The position numbers were made by a program, and so were the translations under genes. The notes below the pieces were generated by a model. That model made no database searches. It was not told where the DNA came from and saw only the letters and a list, made by a program, of their open reading frames with translations. From an uncultured Noviherbaspirillum sp. (GTDB taxonomy: Bacteria; Pseudomonadota; Gammaproteobacteria; Burkholderiales; Burkholderiaceae_D): a DNA stretch of 64,000 nt. Below, in pieces: positions 25,685 through 35,305 of the stretch. The DNA is taken from NCBI GenBank assembly GCA_966212545.1, contig CBIHRW010000015.1, positions 514 through 64,513 of the forward strand, given 5' to 3'. Positions within the stretch are counted from its first letter, which is position 1; each line of letters begins with the position of its first letter.

Positions 25685-28078
25685 CTACTGGGCGTCGATG
25701 ATCCGGCCGCTGCTGCGGACCGTCATTGTCCGGTAGCCGGGATCGGCGGCGATCTGTGCTTCGCTGAACGGCAACGCGATCCACTGCTTGCGCGAGAACC
25801 GCTCGGTCTGGTCGGCATGGTACGGAGAGCCCCGGTTAGCTGACTGCGAATAGGCGAGCAATGCATTGGCCCTCGGCCCGGTGTCGTCAAACGCGACCGA
25901 CTGTACGTAGGTAGTGCCCGATACCGTCTCGAGCGTGCCATCCTGCGCCGGATAGCCGACGATCACGTTATAGACGCCCAGTTCGTCGAGGCCGCCGTGA
26001 ACTGGAATAGTCTTCCCGGCGCGGCGCGCCACCTGGATCTCTCCAAGCCGCGCATCCGGCGACCAGCCCAGTTGATTCGCGCGCTGCACTGCCGCCACGA
26101 GCGCATCTCGAAGGATGGCAGCCACCATCGGATCGTCGTGCCTCAGGCCGCGCGGCGTATGGCGCGGATCCGCCGGGTTGTAGGGCACGGCCCATACCTC
26201 TGGGTTGCCGATGACCCGTTCCATCATCCCCATGAAGTAAAAATAACCCATGCCTGTATCGAGGTTGGCGGTGCGGTCCCATGCTGCGAGGCGGTTGCAA
26301 CCCGTCGACAATTCGGCCGGCACGCCCTGGCCAGCGGTCCTGCACAAGGCGAGCACATCGTCCATGACCAGTTGCGCCAGGTAGACGCGGTTACCCAGTG
26401 CCATGTCCTGCAAGTCCTGCTGGGTCATGCGACGCCGCCCTTGTACGCCGGTGCCGAGCCGGGACTGCAGCTCGGTCAGTCCGAATCGCGTGCGCATGCT
26501 CTGCGGTGTACCGTCCTTGCTGATCACAGGAGAGAATCCGGTCAACGGCGCACTTGGGTTGGTCAGCCATGCGCTGTCATTGCTGTTATGCACATAGTCG
26601 CTGCGGGTCAGGATGGGCAGCCTGCTGCCGGCAACAATGCCCTGTTGCGGCGCTTCCGCGTCCCGGTCCCAGTCGCACCGGCTGGTATCGCCGGCAAGGA
26701 CGAACAAGCCTTTGTCTGCATGAGCCCGGTAAGCCTCGGGAATGCAGGAAGCCAGCCGCGCTTCGTTCAGGTTCGGGATGGGCGACACGTTCATGTACAG
26801 AGTATTGCCGTCCTTGTCAGCGGCAACGGTGTTGTTCCACGGATTGCCGACGATGCGAGCATTGACCGACTGGAGTTCTTTCAGCGACGCGGCCCGGTTC
26901 ATCGCGTACCACTGCTCGATCACGCGATGGTTCTCCACGTTCGCATCGCGGATCGCATAAGCGGTCGTGCCAGTCCATTCCAGGCCGGCCTTCGGGAACA
27001 CCACCACCGGGCCGAAGCGTGTACCGTAGAACTCACGCAATTGCCGGACTACCTTCCCATCCGCCTCCTTGACCTCGACGCTGATCGTCTTGCGCGTCAT
27101 GTCGGCGACCTGCCCGTCCACCACATACCGAGTCGGGTCCTTGTCGTCTAGACGCAGCGCGTACATGGTGTAGTGCGCCGAGGTGTCGGTGGTATGGCTC
27201 CACGCAAAATCGCGGGTGAAGCCAATACCGACAATCGGCAGCCCCGGCAAGGTGGCTCCCATCACGTCGAGCTTGCCCGGAATAGTCAGGTGCAATTGGT
27301 AGAAGCGGAACGTGTCCGCCCATGGAAGGTGGGGCTGTCCGAGCAACATGCCTTTGCCGTTGTCAGTCGCATCCCTTCCGAGTGCAAGCGCGTTGCTGGC
27401 AGTGACACGCCGGGACAGCGCCTTCGTCAAGGCCGGTTGCGCGGATTCGGCGGCGGGCTTGCCGGCGGCGGGAGGACGCGCAGCCACCAGTCCATCCATG
27501 AAGTAGACGGAACTGTTCGCCAACGCCGTGCGGCGCATCAGTTTCATCACGTCGCGCTCATCGATCGCGCGTACCCAGGCTTCTTTCCGGCAGGCGTCCG
27601 GGAGACTGGCGGCGCCGGTCTTTTCGAGATAGGCGTTCACTCCGGCGACATATCCCCGGACCAGCGCCTGCACCTCCGCCGGTTGATTCTGCCACGCAGC
27701 GGCAATGGTTTCCTCGTCATTGACCAGCCGGAAGAAGTAATCCGAGGTGAGGTTGTCCTTCTGCAGAATGGGCGACTCCGAACTGGCGCCCTCCGCGCCG
27801 AAATATTTCGAGCGCTCGCCGTTCACCGTGAGGATCTCATTGGCCAGCAGACAGAAGCTGTCCTCCGCGTAAGCATATCCGATGCCGTAGCCGAGGCTGG
27901 CGTCATCGTCGGCCTTGATATGGGGGATGCCAAACGAAGTGCGGCGAATTTCGGCGCTATAGGCATAAGTTGCGCTCGCTTTCGCGCTGCCCGACGTCCC
28001 GCCGCCGCATGCGGACAGCAGGACGGCTGTCGCAAGGCCCGCGCGCTGCAGGACGCGCATCGTGATCGATCTCGTCAT
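25685..28078 (-). CDS. Penicillin-acylase-family Ntn hydrolase, probable acyl-homoserine-lactone acylase (PvdQ/QuiP-like)
   Basis: 797 aa with a lipoprotein-like signal (LLSACGG). Internal SNALALG fits the beta-subunit N-terminal nucleophile Ser. Family-wide similarity throughout. Confidence 0.8.
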   Translation of the reverse strand: MTRSITMRVLQRAGLATAVLLSACGGGTSGSAKASATYAYSAEIRRTSFGIPHIKADDDASLGYGIGYAYAEDSFCLLANEILTVNGERSKYFGAEGASSESPILQKDNLTSDYFFRLVNDEETIAAAWQNQPAEVQALVRGYVAGVNAYLEKTGAASLPDACRKEAWVRAIDERDVMKLMRRTALANSSVYFMDGLVAARPPAAGKPAAESAQPALTKALSRRVTASNALALGRDATDNGKGMLLGQPHLPWADTFRFYQLHLTIPGKLDVMGATLPGLPIVGIGFTRDFAWSHTTDTSAHYTMYALRLDDKDPTRYVVDGQVADMTRKTISVEVKEADGKVVRQLREFYGTRFGPVVVFPKAGLEWTGTTAYAIRDANVENHRVIEQWYAMNRAASLKELQSVNARIVGNPWNNTVAADKDGNTLYMNVSPIPNLNEARLASCIPEAYRAHADKGLFVLAGDTSRCDWDRDAEAPQQGIVAGSRLPILTRSDYVHNSNDSAWLTNPSAPLTGFSPVISKDGTPQSMRTRFGLTELQSRLGTGVQGRRRMTQQDLQDMALGNRVYLAQLVMDDVLALCRTAGQGVPAELSTGCNRLAAWDRTANLDTGMGYFYFMGMMERVIGNPEVWAVPYNPADPRHTPRGLRHDDPMVAAILRDALVAAVQRANQLGWSPDARLGEIQVARRAGKTIPVHGGLDELGVYNVIVGYPAQDGTLETVSGTTYVQSVAFDDTGPRANALLAYSQSANRGSPYHADQTERFSRKQWIALPFSEAQIAADPGYRTMTVRSSGRIIDAQ

Positions 28079-28091
28079 CAGTGCCCGCCGT

Positions 28092-28661
28092 TCAGAAGTG
28101 GTACTTGAGATTGACGCTCAGCATCGCCGCATCGCTCTTCTTCGATACTGCGCCGATGTTGTCGAGCTCGATGGATGCCGTCGTTTGCGGTGTGAACGCG
28201 TACTCCGCTCCAACGCTGCCGAGCGTGACGCTCCGGCTGCTGCGGCGCAGGTCGGCAAATTCGGGGATGGAACTGCTCGCAGACGAGGCATCGGTGCGGC
28301 CGTAGGCCAGCATCACCTTCGCGGTCAGGGCAAACCGATCGGAGACAGGCAGCCGTCCGGTTCCCGCCAGGTAGAACGCTTCGGCGCGCCCCTTGAAGTT
28401 GCCGGCCGCATAGGTGTTTCTGATATGTCCGAGATTGGCATAGCCCACTTCGGCGCCCCAGTGCTCGGTAAACCGGTAGCCGACAAACAGCTTTTGCGCC
28501 GGGCTGGAGCGGTCGCTTGCGGTGCGCGGGGATGAGATCGCGTCAAAGTCGAAGCGGCTGGCGCCGACACCGATGCCGACATAAGGCCCGACGGCGACGT
28601 CGGCACGCGCGGCCGCGGCGAGTGTCGTAATGGCCAGAGCAGCCAGGATGTGTTTCTGCAT
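28092..28661 (-). CDS. Outer-membrane beta-barrel protein (small porin/OmpW-OmpA-barrel-like)
   Basis: Signal peptide MQKHILAALAITTLAAAARA, alternating amphipathic strands, C-terminal aromatic ...NLKYHF. Confidence 0.75.
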   Translation of the reverse strand: MQKHILAALAITTLAAAARADVAVGPYVGIGVGASRFDFDAISSPRTASDRSSPAQKLFVGYRFTEHWGAEVGYANLGHIRNTYAAGNFKGRAEAFYLAGTGRLPVSDRFALTAKVMLAYGRTDASSASSSIPEFADLRRSSRSVTLGSVGAEYAFTPQTTASIELDNIGAVSKKSDAAMLSVNLKYHF

Positions 28662-28768
28662 ATCGCTCTCCAATTAAAGGTTCGAAAGGCGATTGTGAAA
28701 AGTCAGGCTTAAGGAATGCCAAAGGCCGCCTTAAAGTTTTCTTAAACATTCGCTGGTAAAGTGACGGC

Positions 28769-29425
28769 ATGAAAATCTGCCAAATCGAAGACGACCTCGA
28801 ACTCGGCCGCGCGCTGCAGGCGGCCCTGCAGGATGCCGGCCACGACGTGGTGTGGGTGCGGCGCGGCACCGATGCCCGCGACTGGGTCGGCCGCGAAGAT
28901 TTCGACGCGATCCTGCTCGATCTCGGACTGCCGGACTGCAACGGCCTGGACTTGCTGCGCCATTTCCGCGCGGCCGCGCAACCGCTCCCGATCCTTGTGA
29001 TCACCGCACGCGACTCTCTCGACGACCGACTGCAGGGGCTGGACCTCGGCGCCGACGACTACCTCGTCAAGCCTTTTGCCGTCAGCGAACTACTGGCGCG
29101 CCTGCGCGCGGTTGCGCGCCGTGTATCGGGCTGGAATGAAGCAATGGAACCGGTGTGGAAAGTGAAAGACCTTGTGCTCGACGAAAAGCGGATGACGGTC
29201 ACCCGCGGCGGCAAACCTGTGGTGCTGTCCAAGACCGAATTCGCATTGCTCCACCTGCTGATGCGTCGCGCGGATCGCGTGCTTACCCGGCGCGAGCTGG
29301 AGGAATGGGCATTGCCCAACAGCGAAAGCCAGGCGCTCGACGTCCACATGTCCAACCTGCGCCGGAAGATCGATGAAGGCTACATCCGCACGGTGCGCGG
29401 CGTCGGCTACGTGCTCGAAAAATGA
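28769..29425 (+). CDS. OmpR/PhoB-family response regulator
   Basis: Receiver domain (ILLDLGLPDCNG; KPF) plus winged-helix output (RTVRGVGYVL). The stop overlaps the kinase start. Confidence 0.9.
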   Translation: MKICQIEDDLELGRALQAALQDAGHDVVWVRRGTDARDWVGREDFDAILLDLGLPDCNGLDLLRHFRAAAQPLPILVITARDSLDDRLQGLDLGADDYLVKPFAVSELLARLRAVARRVSGWNEAMEPVWKVKDLVLDEKRMTVTRGGKPVVLSKTEFALLHLLMRRADRVLTRRELEEWALPNSESQALDVHMSNLRRKIDEGYIRTVRGVGYVLEK

Positions 29426-30822
29426 GAGGCCGGCATCGCTCCCTCTTCCTGCGCCTGGTCGCGGGCTTCATGCTGGTAATGTTCGGCGTGTGGACCTGTC
29501 TGGTCGGTGCCGTCATCTACGAAGCACTGAACCAGAGTGCGCGGATGGAAGAAGTCGCCCTCGACGCCAGCGCGCAACAAGCGATGCTGCTGATGCAGGC
29601 GCTGTCGGACCAACGAGCCGCAATGGCCGTTGCAGTGGCGCAGTTCGAGCTGACGGAAAACAGGCGCCGGGTGTCCTACGACGGCGAGTTCGCACGGACG
29701 CTGCATGTGCAGGCATGGAAGGACGGCGCATTTGTCCACGGCGCGGCACATCTGCCCGCCGCCGTACCCGCAGACAGCGGACGCAGCACGCTGCAGGTAG
29801 ACGGCCGCGCACTTCTCGCCGCCACGCGGTTCGATCCCGACCGCCGTATCGCGGTCCGTGCTGTTGTGGACGACCCCGAATCGGTGCTGTTGCAACCTTC
29901 CAGCATCGGCTATTACGTGTTACCGCTGCTGATCAGCTTTCCTTTCCTGATGCTACCGGTATGGTTCACCGTGCGCGCGGGACTGCGCCCGGTGAGAAAC
30001 ATGATCGACGAGATCGAACAGCGCGAAGCATCGGACCTGACCCCGCTGGGCCAGTCGCCGTACAAGGAGCTGTCCCCCCTGGTGTTTGCCATCAACCGCC
30101 TGATGGAGCGGCTGAAGGAACGCCTCGAGCGCGAGAAGGAGTTTCTGGCCGACGCTGCGCACGAGCTGAAGACGCCGCTCACGGTGATCCAGGTGAACGC
30201 CGAGGCGCTCTGCAACGCACGCGGCGCGGGTAATAACATACGGGCAGGCGAGGCAGAGGCCGGCCTGCAGTCCGGCGTCGTCCGCGCGGCGCATGCGGTG
30301 CACCAACTGCTCGCCTATGCGCGCTCCGGCGCCGACAGGGAAAGGACGGGTCTTGCCAACCTCGACCTCGTCGAACTCGTGCGCGGACGCATGGCATTGC
30401 TTGCCCCGCTTGCGCTGCAGCGCAAGATCGAACTGGAACTACGCGGCCCGGATCACTGCATGCTGCCGCTGCACCGGGAGAGCACGGTGCTGCTGATCGA
30501 CAACCTCATCGACAACGCGATCAAATACTCCCCTTATGGCAGTCATGTTGCGGTCCGCATCGAGATCACGCCAGGCAGCGTCCGGCTCGCCATCGTCGAC
30601 CAGGGGCCGGGCATTGACGAGTCGCTGCGCCGCAAGGTGTTCGAGCGATTCTATCGGGTTCCGGGACAAGACCAGCCCGGCAGCGGACTGGGGCTGGCAA
30701 TCGCGGAACGGGCGGCGCAACGAAACAAGGCGACGATCTCCTTGGATGCGGGGCCGGCGGGAAAAGGATTGGTCGCCAATGTCGATTTTTCTCGGTCCGG
30801 CGAACGCGGTGATATGCTTTAG
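29422..30822 (+). CDS. Sensor histidine kinase (two TM helices, HisKA + HATPase_c)
   Basis: H-box FLADAAHELKTPLT, N-box LIDNAIKY, G-boxes DQGPGI and GSGLGLAI. Confidence 0.85.
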   Translation: MRGRHRSLFLRLVAGFMLVMFGVWTCLVGAVIYEALNQSARMEEVALDASAQQAMLLMQALSDQRAAMAVAVAQFELTENRRRVSYDGEFARTLHVQAWKDGAFVHGAAHLPAAVPADSGRSTLQVDGRALLAATRFDPDRRIAVRAVVDDPESVLLQPSSIGYYVLPLLISFPFLMLPVWFTVRAGLRPVRNMIDEIEQREASDLTPLGQSPYKELSPLVFAINRLMERLKERLEREKEFLADAAHELKTPLTVIQVNAEALCNARGAGNNIRAGEAEAGLQSGVVRAAHAVHQLLAYARSGADRERTGLANLDLVELVRGRMALLAPLALQRKIELELRGPDHCMLPLHRESTVLLIDNLIDNAIKYSPYGSHVAVRIEITPGSVRLAIVDQGPGIDESLRRKVFERFYRVPGQDQPGSGLGLAIAERAAQRNKATISLDAGPAGKGLVANVDFSRSGERGDML

Positions 30823-30887
30823 CCCGCGCGATTTCCAGGCGCAGTTTCAACGCGCAGCATCCAGATTCACAGACTCGGATCACAACA

Positions 30888-31241
30888 ATGAAGCTTGAAG
30901 ATTTCCTGAAAAAACTGAACGACGCCCCCGCTTCCGTAACCTTCGACGATACGATGGCGGCAATTGCCGACACGTACGAATTCACCCCCGCCGCCTTCAC
31001 CAATGGCGACACGCGCAATGAAGCCGGCCAGAATTCCGGCTCCTGCAAGCTGTTCGCCTTTGCGATGCTCAACAAGCTGAGCAAGGAACAGACGCTCGCC
31101 TGCTTCGGCGCCTATTATCGTGATGACGTGCTGAAGAACCCGGACGGAACCGACCACCAGAACATCCGCAATTTCATGAAGTACGGCTGGGACGGCGTGA
31201 AGTTCGACAGCATGCCGCTGGCACCGAAATCCCCAACCTGA
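30888..31241 (+). CDS. HopJ (type III effector HopPmaJ)-family protein
   Basis: NEAGQNSGSCKLFAFA...ACFGAYYRDDVLKNPDGTDHQNIRNFMKYGW is near-identical in pattern to HopJ family members as I remember them. Confidence 0.75.
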   Translation: MKLEDFLKKLNDAPASVTFDDTMAAIADTYEFTPAAFTNGDTRNEAGQNSGSCKLFAFAMLNKLSKEQTLACFGAYYRDDVLKNPDGTDHQNIRNFMKYGWDGVKFDSMPLAPKSPT

Positions 31242-31259
31242 TCATGTACGGGTCACGCG

Positions 31260-31541
31260 CTACCCGCCCATCTCCGCCGTCGTCGGGTCGATGACCCCGC
31301 GCACCGTCGCGACACTGTTGATCGGGAATCCTCCCCGCTTCGCATGCTCGCGCACAAGCTCCTCGGATTGAGCGATGTAGACGCAATAGATCTTGTCGTC
31401 GGTCACATAACTCTCCTGCCACTGGATCGCCGGCCCCATGTTGCGCAGAACGTCGCAGGACTTGGCAGAGATGCTGAACAATTCATCGTCGGACAGCTTT
31501 CCCGCATTGGGGAGGTCGCGTTCAATGATGTACTTGGGCAT
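31260..31541 (-). CDS. DUF4242 domain-containing protein
   Basis: MPKYIIERDLPNAGKLS...SCDVLRNMGPAIQWQESYVTDDKIYCVYIA...HAKRGGFP is the typical DUF4242 sequence. GGAGAC RBS. Confidence 0.65.
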   Translation of the reverse strand: MPKYIIERDLPNAGKLSDDELFSISAKSCDVLRNMGPAIQWQESYVTDDKIYCVYIAQSEELVREHAKRGGFPINSVATVRGVIDPTTAEMGG

Positions 31542-31728
31542 GATGGTCTCCTTGGTTCGTTGACGCGCAGGACGGCAGCGCTTGACACTCACGAACCACC
31601 ACCATAGGCCCGGACATGCAGCACTGTTTGAGCACGCTCAAACAGTGCCATCCTGTCGCGCCGCTCGTCACATTCGCGTAGAGCAACAAACAGCGCAACC
31701 CTGCAGGAAACGATGCTCCAGGTGCACT

Positions 31729-32457
31729 TCAGGGGCGTGCGCCCGCATCCGGACCGGAGGAGCCCGCCGTCCCGGCAGTACCGCCCGACGCGCCGGAAGC
31801 GCCGGCCGCATCGGTGCCGCCAGTTGCGGCTGATCCGCCCGTATTGCCAGCATCTCCTGCGGTACCCGACGCGCGTGCCTGCGCATCACGCTCCAATGCA
31901 TCCACTGCCGCCGCGCCCGCAAAGCCGGTTGCGGTGCCGGTATCGGATCCCGTCGCGTTGCTCACGCCCGATGCTGCCGGCCCAGCCACCGTTCCCGTGT
32001 GCGACGGGGAACGGTCCGGCTCCGCCGGCGTCGACACTTTCTCGACCAGTGGCGCAACGTCCTGCTGTTTGATGCCTTCGTCCGCTTTCGCAGCGAGATC
32101 GCCGAGCGACACGATACCGACCAGGCGGTGCGCGTCGTCATGCGAGACCACTGGCACGCGGCGGATCTGCGTATCGGCCATCTGCCGCATCACGTCATCC
32201 AGCGGCTGGTCCTCGAAACACCAGCGCACGTCGATGCTCATCACTTCATCCACATGCGCCTCGCCCGGGGAGCGTCCGGCGGCAATGCCGCGCACCGTGA
32301 TGTCACGGTCGGTGACCATACCGATCAGGCGCTCGCCGTCACACACGGGCAAGGCGCCGACATTCAGTTCATCCATCATTTGCGCGGCGCGCTGCAGGCT
32401 CTCGTGGGGCGAGATGAACTGCACATTGCGCGTCATTACTTCTGAAACCATCTGCAT
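31729..32457 (-). CDS. CBS-pair domain protein with ~100-aa Gly/Ala/Ser/Thr-rich disordered tail
   Basis: Two CBS motifs (VSEVMTRNVQFISP...LPVCDGERLIGMVTDRDI; ...VPVVSHDDAHRLVGIVSLGDL), then low complexity. Confidence 0.8.
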   Translation of the reverse strand: MQMVSEVMTRNVQFISPHESLQRAAQMMDELNVGALPVCDGERLIGMVTDRDITVRGIAAGRSPGEAHVDEVMSIDVRWCFEDQPLDDVMRQMADTQIRRVPVVSHDDAHRLVGIVSLGDLAAKADEGIKQQDVAPLVEKVSTPAEPDRSPSHTGTVAGPAASGVSNATGSDTGTATGFAGAAAVDALERDAQARASGTAGDAGNTGGSAATGGTDAAGASGASGGTAGTAGSSGPDAGARP

Positions 32458-32482
32458 GGCTGCCTCCTGTCACTCGAATGCC

Positions 32483-33346
32483 TCACGCGCCACTGCCTTT
32501 GCCCGGATCCCGCGTGCCGGACGTCCCGCCACCTGTCAGTGAGGCAGCGGAACCTGATGGGGTTCCGGTTCCCGTACGCGTATCGCTTGCGCTTGCAGTC
32601 TGTCCGAGGCCGGTTCCTCCGGCGGCACCGACTACCTCGGACATGGCGCCGCCTTGGCGCGACGTTGCATTCCCTGCCTCGCCGGACGGACTCTGGCCAG
32701 CGGATGCTACCGGCGAGGTGGAATCTTCATCGCCCGACCATCCTTCCGATCCGGCGGCATAGCTCGAGGTCGGCACAGGTGAATTGCGCGGGCTGTCACG
32801 GTCGCCTTGCGCAGACCGGATACTTTCCTGCTGGCGGACGTTTTCACTGGCCTGGACGGGCGTGTGATCCGTTTGCCCGCCCGTGACCTGCCCGCCGTGC
32901 ACTTCGCCGCGCCATGCGCCTGTTTCCGCTCCGCGCCGTTCGACGAAATCCTTGAGCCGCGCAAGGTCGGTCTTCAACCGCTGCGCAAGCTCTTGCTCGC
33001 TGTTGCCGGCGTCAGAGCCGGGCACCTGTTGCGGCTCGGATTCAAGCGTGAAAACGACGCGTGACGCCTCCTGGCCGAGCGGCTGGACCTCGACACGTGC
33101 GGAGGTCGACGGGCCGCTGGTGTTGTGCCAGGTGATGCAGCGGTCGGGTTCCTGCTCGGTGATCTCCGCATCCCACTCCACCGGACGGTTGGACATCATC
33201 GTGCGCCAGTGCAGGTGGGTGTCATCGAGCTGTTGAACGGCTTCGACTTCCTCCATGAACTGGGGATAGTCTTCAAACTGCGTCAGCTGGTTGTAGGCCG
33301 TATGAACCGGGACCCGGATGTCGATGGATTGCTGCACGGTTGCCAT
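32483..33346 (-). CDS. SRPBCC (cyclase/dehydrase) family protein with ~140-aa disordered Ser/Gly/Thr-rich tail
   Basis: VQQSIDIRVPVHTAYNQLTQFEDYPQFMEEVEAVQQLDDTHLHWR... is the typical polyketide_cyc2 N-domain. The C-terminal half is low complexity. Confidence 0.75.
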   Translation of the reverse strand: MATVQQSIDIRVPVHTAYNQLTQFEDYPQFMEEVEAVQQLDDTHLHWRTMMSNRPVEWDAEITEQEPDRCITWHNTSGPSTSARVEVQPLGQEASRVVFTLESEPQQVPGSDAGNSEQELAQRLKTDLARLKDFVERRGAETGAWRGEVHGGQVTGGQTDHTPVQASENVRQQESIRSAQGDRDSPRNSPVPTSSYAAGSEGWSGDEDSTSPVASAGQSPSGEAGNATSRQGGAMSEVVGAAGGTGLGQTASASDTRTGTGTPSGSAASLTGGGTSGTRDPGKGSGA

Positions 33347-33370
33347 ATTGCATCTCCTTGTCTCTCGTCG

Positions 33371-33394
33371 GCCGGTTCATATATGAGAACCGGC
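33371..33394. other. 8-bp stem hairpin in the lepB-paralogue / SRPBCC intergenic region
   Basis: gccggttc-atatatga-gaaccggc. Confidence 0.6.
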
Positions 33395-33426
33395 ACATGG
33401 TGAGACATGAGAGCGCAAGCCGCGCG

Positions 33427-33450
33427 ACAAGTTGCGGCACAAGTTGCGGC
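33427..33450. repeat. Perfect 12-bp x 2 tandem direct repeat (acaagttgcggc)
   Basis: Read directly: acaagttgcggc acaagttgcggc, ~80-100 bp upstream of the SRPBCC start. Confidence 0.9.
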
Positions 33451-33486
33451 ATTTAGGCTCGCAATGGACTCGACCGTGGATGAACC

Positions 33487-34185
33487 CTAGTTGATGGCAG
33501 GCCCGAGGGGAGCGCCGAAGCGATCGGTGCGCGGCAGGTAATACTGCTCCTTGTCGAGCGAGAACGCGACGCGCTTGGCTTGGCCGGTAATCAGTTCGCG
33601 ACGGACAAAACCGATGTAGCGCGAATCCATGCTGGCGTCCCGGTTATCGCCGAGCATTAGGTAATGTCCATCGGGTACCGTGACAGGGCCGAAGGAGCGC
33701 ATGGCCGCCCGCTCCGGCATCACGACAATGTGACGCCGGTTGCCGAGAACGCTTTCGGTGAGGATGAGTTGCTGCCCGATGTAGTCGGGTACGAGCTGTG
33801 TGGCCACATCACCTTCGGCGAGGCTGTACGAGGCTTTCTCGCCGTTGATGATCAATTCTTCGCCGCGCATTTCAATTACGTCGCCGGGCAGGCCGACAAT
33901 GCGCTTGATCAGGCGTGTTCCGTCTTCCGGCGAACTGAACGTGACGATGTCGCCGCGCTGCGGGTCGGCAAGATGCTTGACGATGACGTCCGTAAAAGGA
34001 AGTTTGACGTCATAGGCAAGCCGGTCCGCGACGACGCGGTCACCGATTACCAGTGTGGGATACATGGAGCCGGAGGGAACGTCATACCAGTCGGCAATCG
34101 CACTGCGCACCAGCAACATGCCCAAGAAAAAGAACAAAAAGCCTTTATTGGCTGCGACCAATCTCTTTACGCTCGCGGTTCCCAT
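33487..34185 (-). CDS. Signal peptidase I (S26A), short paralogue
   Basis: SGSMYPTL (Ser nucleophile), KRIVGLPGD (Lys box), GDNRDASMDSRYIG. Confidence 0.85.
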   Translation of the reverse strand: MGTASVKRLVAANKGFLFFFLGMLLVRSAIADWYDVPSGSMYPTLVIGDRVVADRLAYDVKLPFTDVIVKHLADPQRGDIVTFSSPEDGTRLIKRIVGLPGDVIEMRGEELIINGEKASYSLAEGDVATQLVPDYIGQQLILTESVLGNRRHIVVMPERAAMRSFGPVTVPDGHYLMLGDNRDASMDSRYIGFVRRELITGQAKRVAFSLDKEQYYLPRTDRFGAPLGPAIN

Positions 34186-34225
34186 ACAGTCACACCTCCC
34201 CTGATGATGAGGCGATCAATATAGC

Positions 34226-34252
34226 AAAACGCCCCGGCAAGCGGGGCGTTTT
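34226..34252 (-). terminator. Rho-independent terminator downstream of gap
   Basis: aaaa-CGCCCCG-gcaag-CGGGGCG-tttt. Symmetric flanks mean it could work in both directions. Confidence 0.7.
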
Positions 34253-34272
34253 GGACTGCGGTACCGAATCGA

Positions 34273-35286
34273 TTACTTGGCGTTCATCAACGCCACAGTG
34301 GTATCGAGCATGCGGTTGGAGAAACCCCACTCGTTGTCGTACCAGGACGATACCTTCACCAGACGGCCGGACACCTTGGTCAGCGTCGCATCGAAGTTGC
34401 TCGACGCCGGGTTGTGGTTGAAGTCCACGGACACCAGCGGTTCGGTGTTGTAGGTCAGGATGCCCTTCAACGCGCCGCTGGCGGCAGCATCCTTCATGAT
34501 CTGGTTCACTTCCTCGACCGTGGTGTCACGGGCAGCGATGAAGGACAGGTCGACGATCGACACGTTGATGGTCGGCACGCGGATCGCGTAGCCATCCAGC
34601 TTGCCGTTCAGTTCCGGCAACACCAGGCCGACCGCGGCAGCGGCGCCGGTCTTGGTCGGGATCATCGACTGGGTGGCGGAACGGGCGCGGCGCAGGTCTT
34701 CATGCATCACGTCGGTCAGCACCTGGTCGTTGGTGTAGGCGTGCACCGTGGTCATCAAGCCATTGAGCAGGCCGATCTTGTCGTGCAGCGGCTTGACCAG
34801 CGGCGCCAGGCAGTTGGTGGTGCAGGAGGCGTTCGAGATGACGGTGTCGGACGCCTTCAGCACATCCTGGTTGACGCCGAACACCACGGTCGCGTCCACA
34901 TCCTTGCCGCCGGGAGCGGAAATGATCACCTTCTTGGCACCGCCCTTCAGGTGCGCGGACGCCTTTTCCTTGGTGGTGAAGAAACCGGTGCACTCGAGCA
35001 CGACGTCGACGTTCAGTTCGCCCCAGGGGATTTGCGCCGGGTCGCGCTGCGCGAAGACCTTGATCTTGTCGCCGTTGACGATCATGTATTCGCCGTCGAC
35101 TTCAACGGTGCCCGGGAACTTGCCATGGGTGGTGTCGTAGCGGGTCAGGTGGGCATTCGACTGGGTATTGCCAAGGTCGTTGATGGCAACGATCTGGATG
35201 TCTTGCTTCTTGCCGCCTTCGTAAAACGCACGAAGGACGTTGCGGCCGATGCGGCCATAGCCGTTGATTGCGACGCGAATGGTCAT
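34273..35286 (-). CDS. gap: Type I glyceraldehyde-3-phosphate dehydrogenase
   Basis: [14 protein letters not shown], active-site [12 protein letters not shown], 337 aa. Confidence 0.92.
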   Translation of the reverse strand: MTIRVAINGYGRIGRNVLRAFYEGGKKQDIQIVAINDLGNTQSNAHLTRYDTTHGKFPGTVEVDGEYMIVNGDKIKVFAQRDPAQIPWGELNVDVVLECTGFFTTKEKASAHLKGGAKKVIISAPGGKDVDATVVFGVNQDVLKASDTVISNASCTTNCLAPLVKPLHDKIGLLNGLMTTVHAYTNDQVLTDVMHEDLRRARSATQSMIPTKTGAAAAVGLVLPELNGKLDGYAIRVPTINVSIVDLSFIAARDTTVEEVNQIMKDAAASGALKGILTYNTEPLVSVDFNHNPASSNFDATLTKVSGRLVKVSSWYDNEWGFSNRMLDTTVALMNAK

Positions 35287-35305
35287 GGTTTTCTCCTGAA
35301 CGTTG

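Noticed and set aside
33427-33450. Tandem 12-bp repeat considered as a CRISPR or VNTR signal
   Set aside because: There are only two copies, no spacers and no cas genes. It is too short for a CRISPR array and is reported merely as a small tandem repeat.
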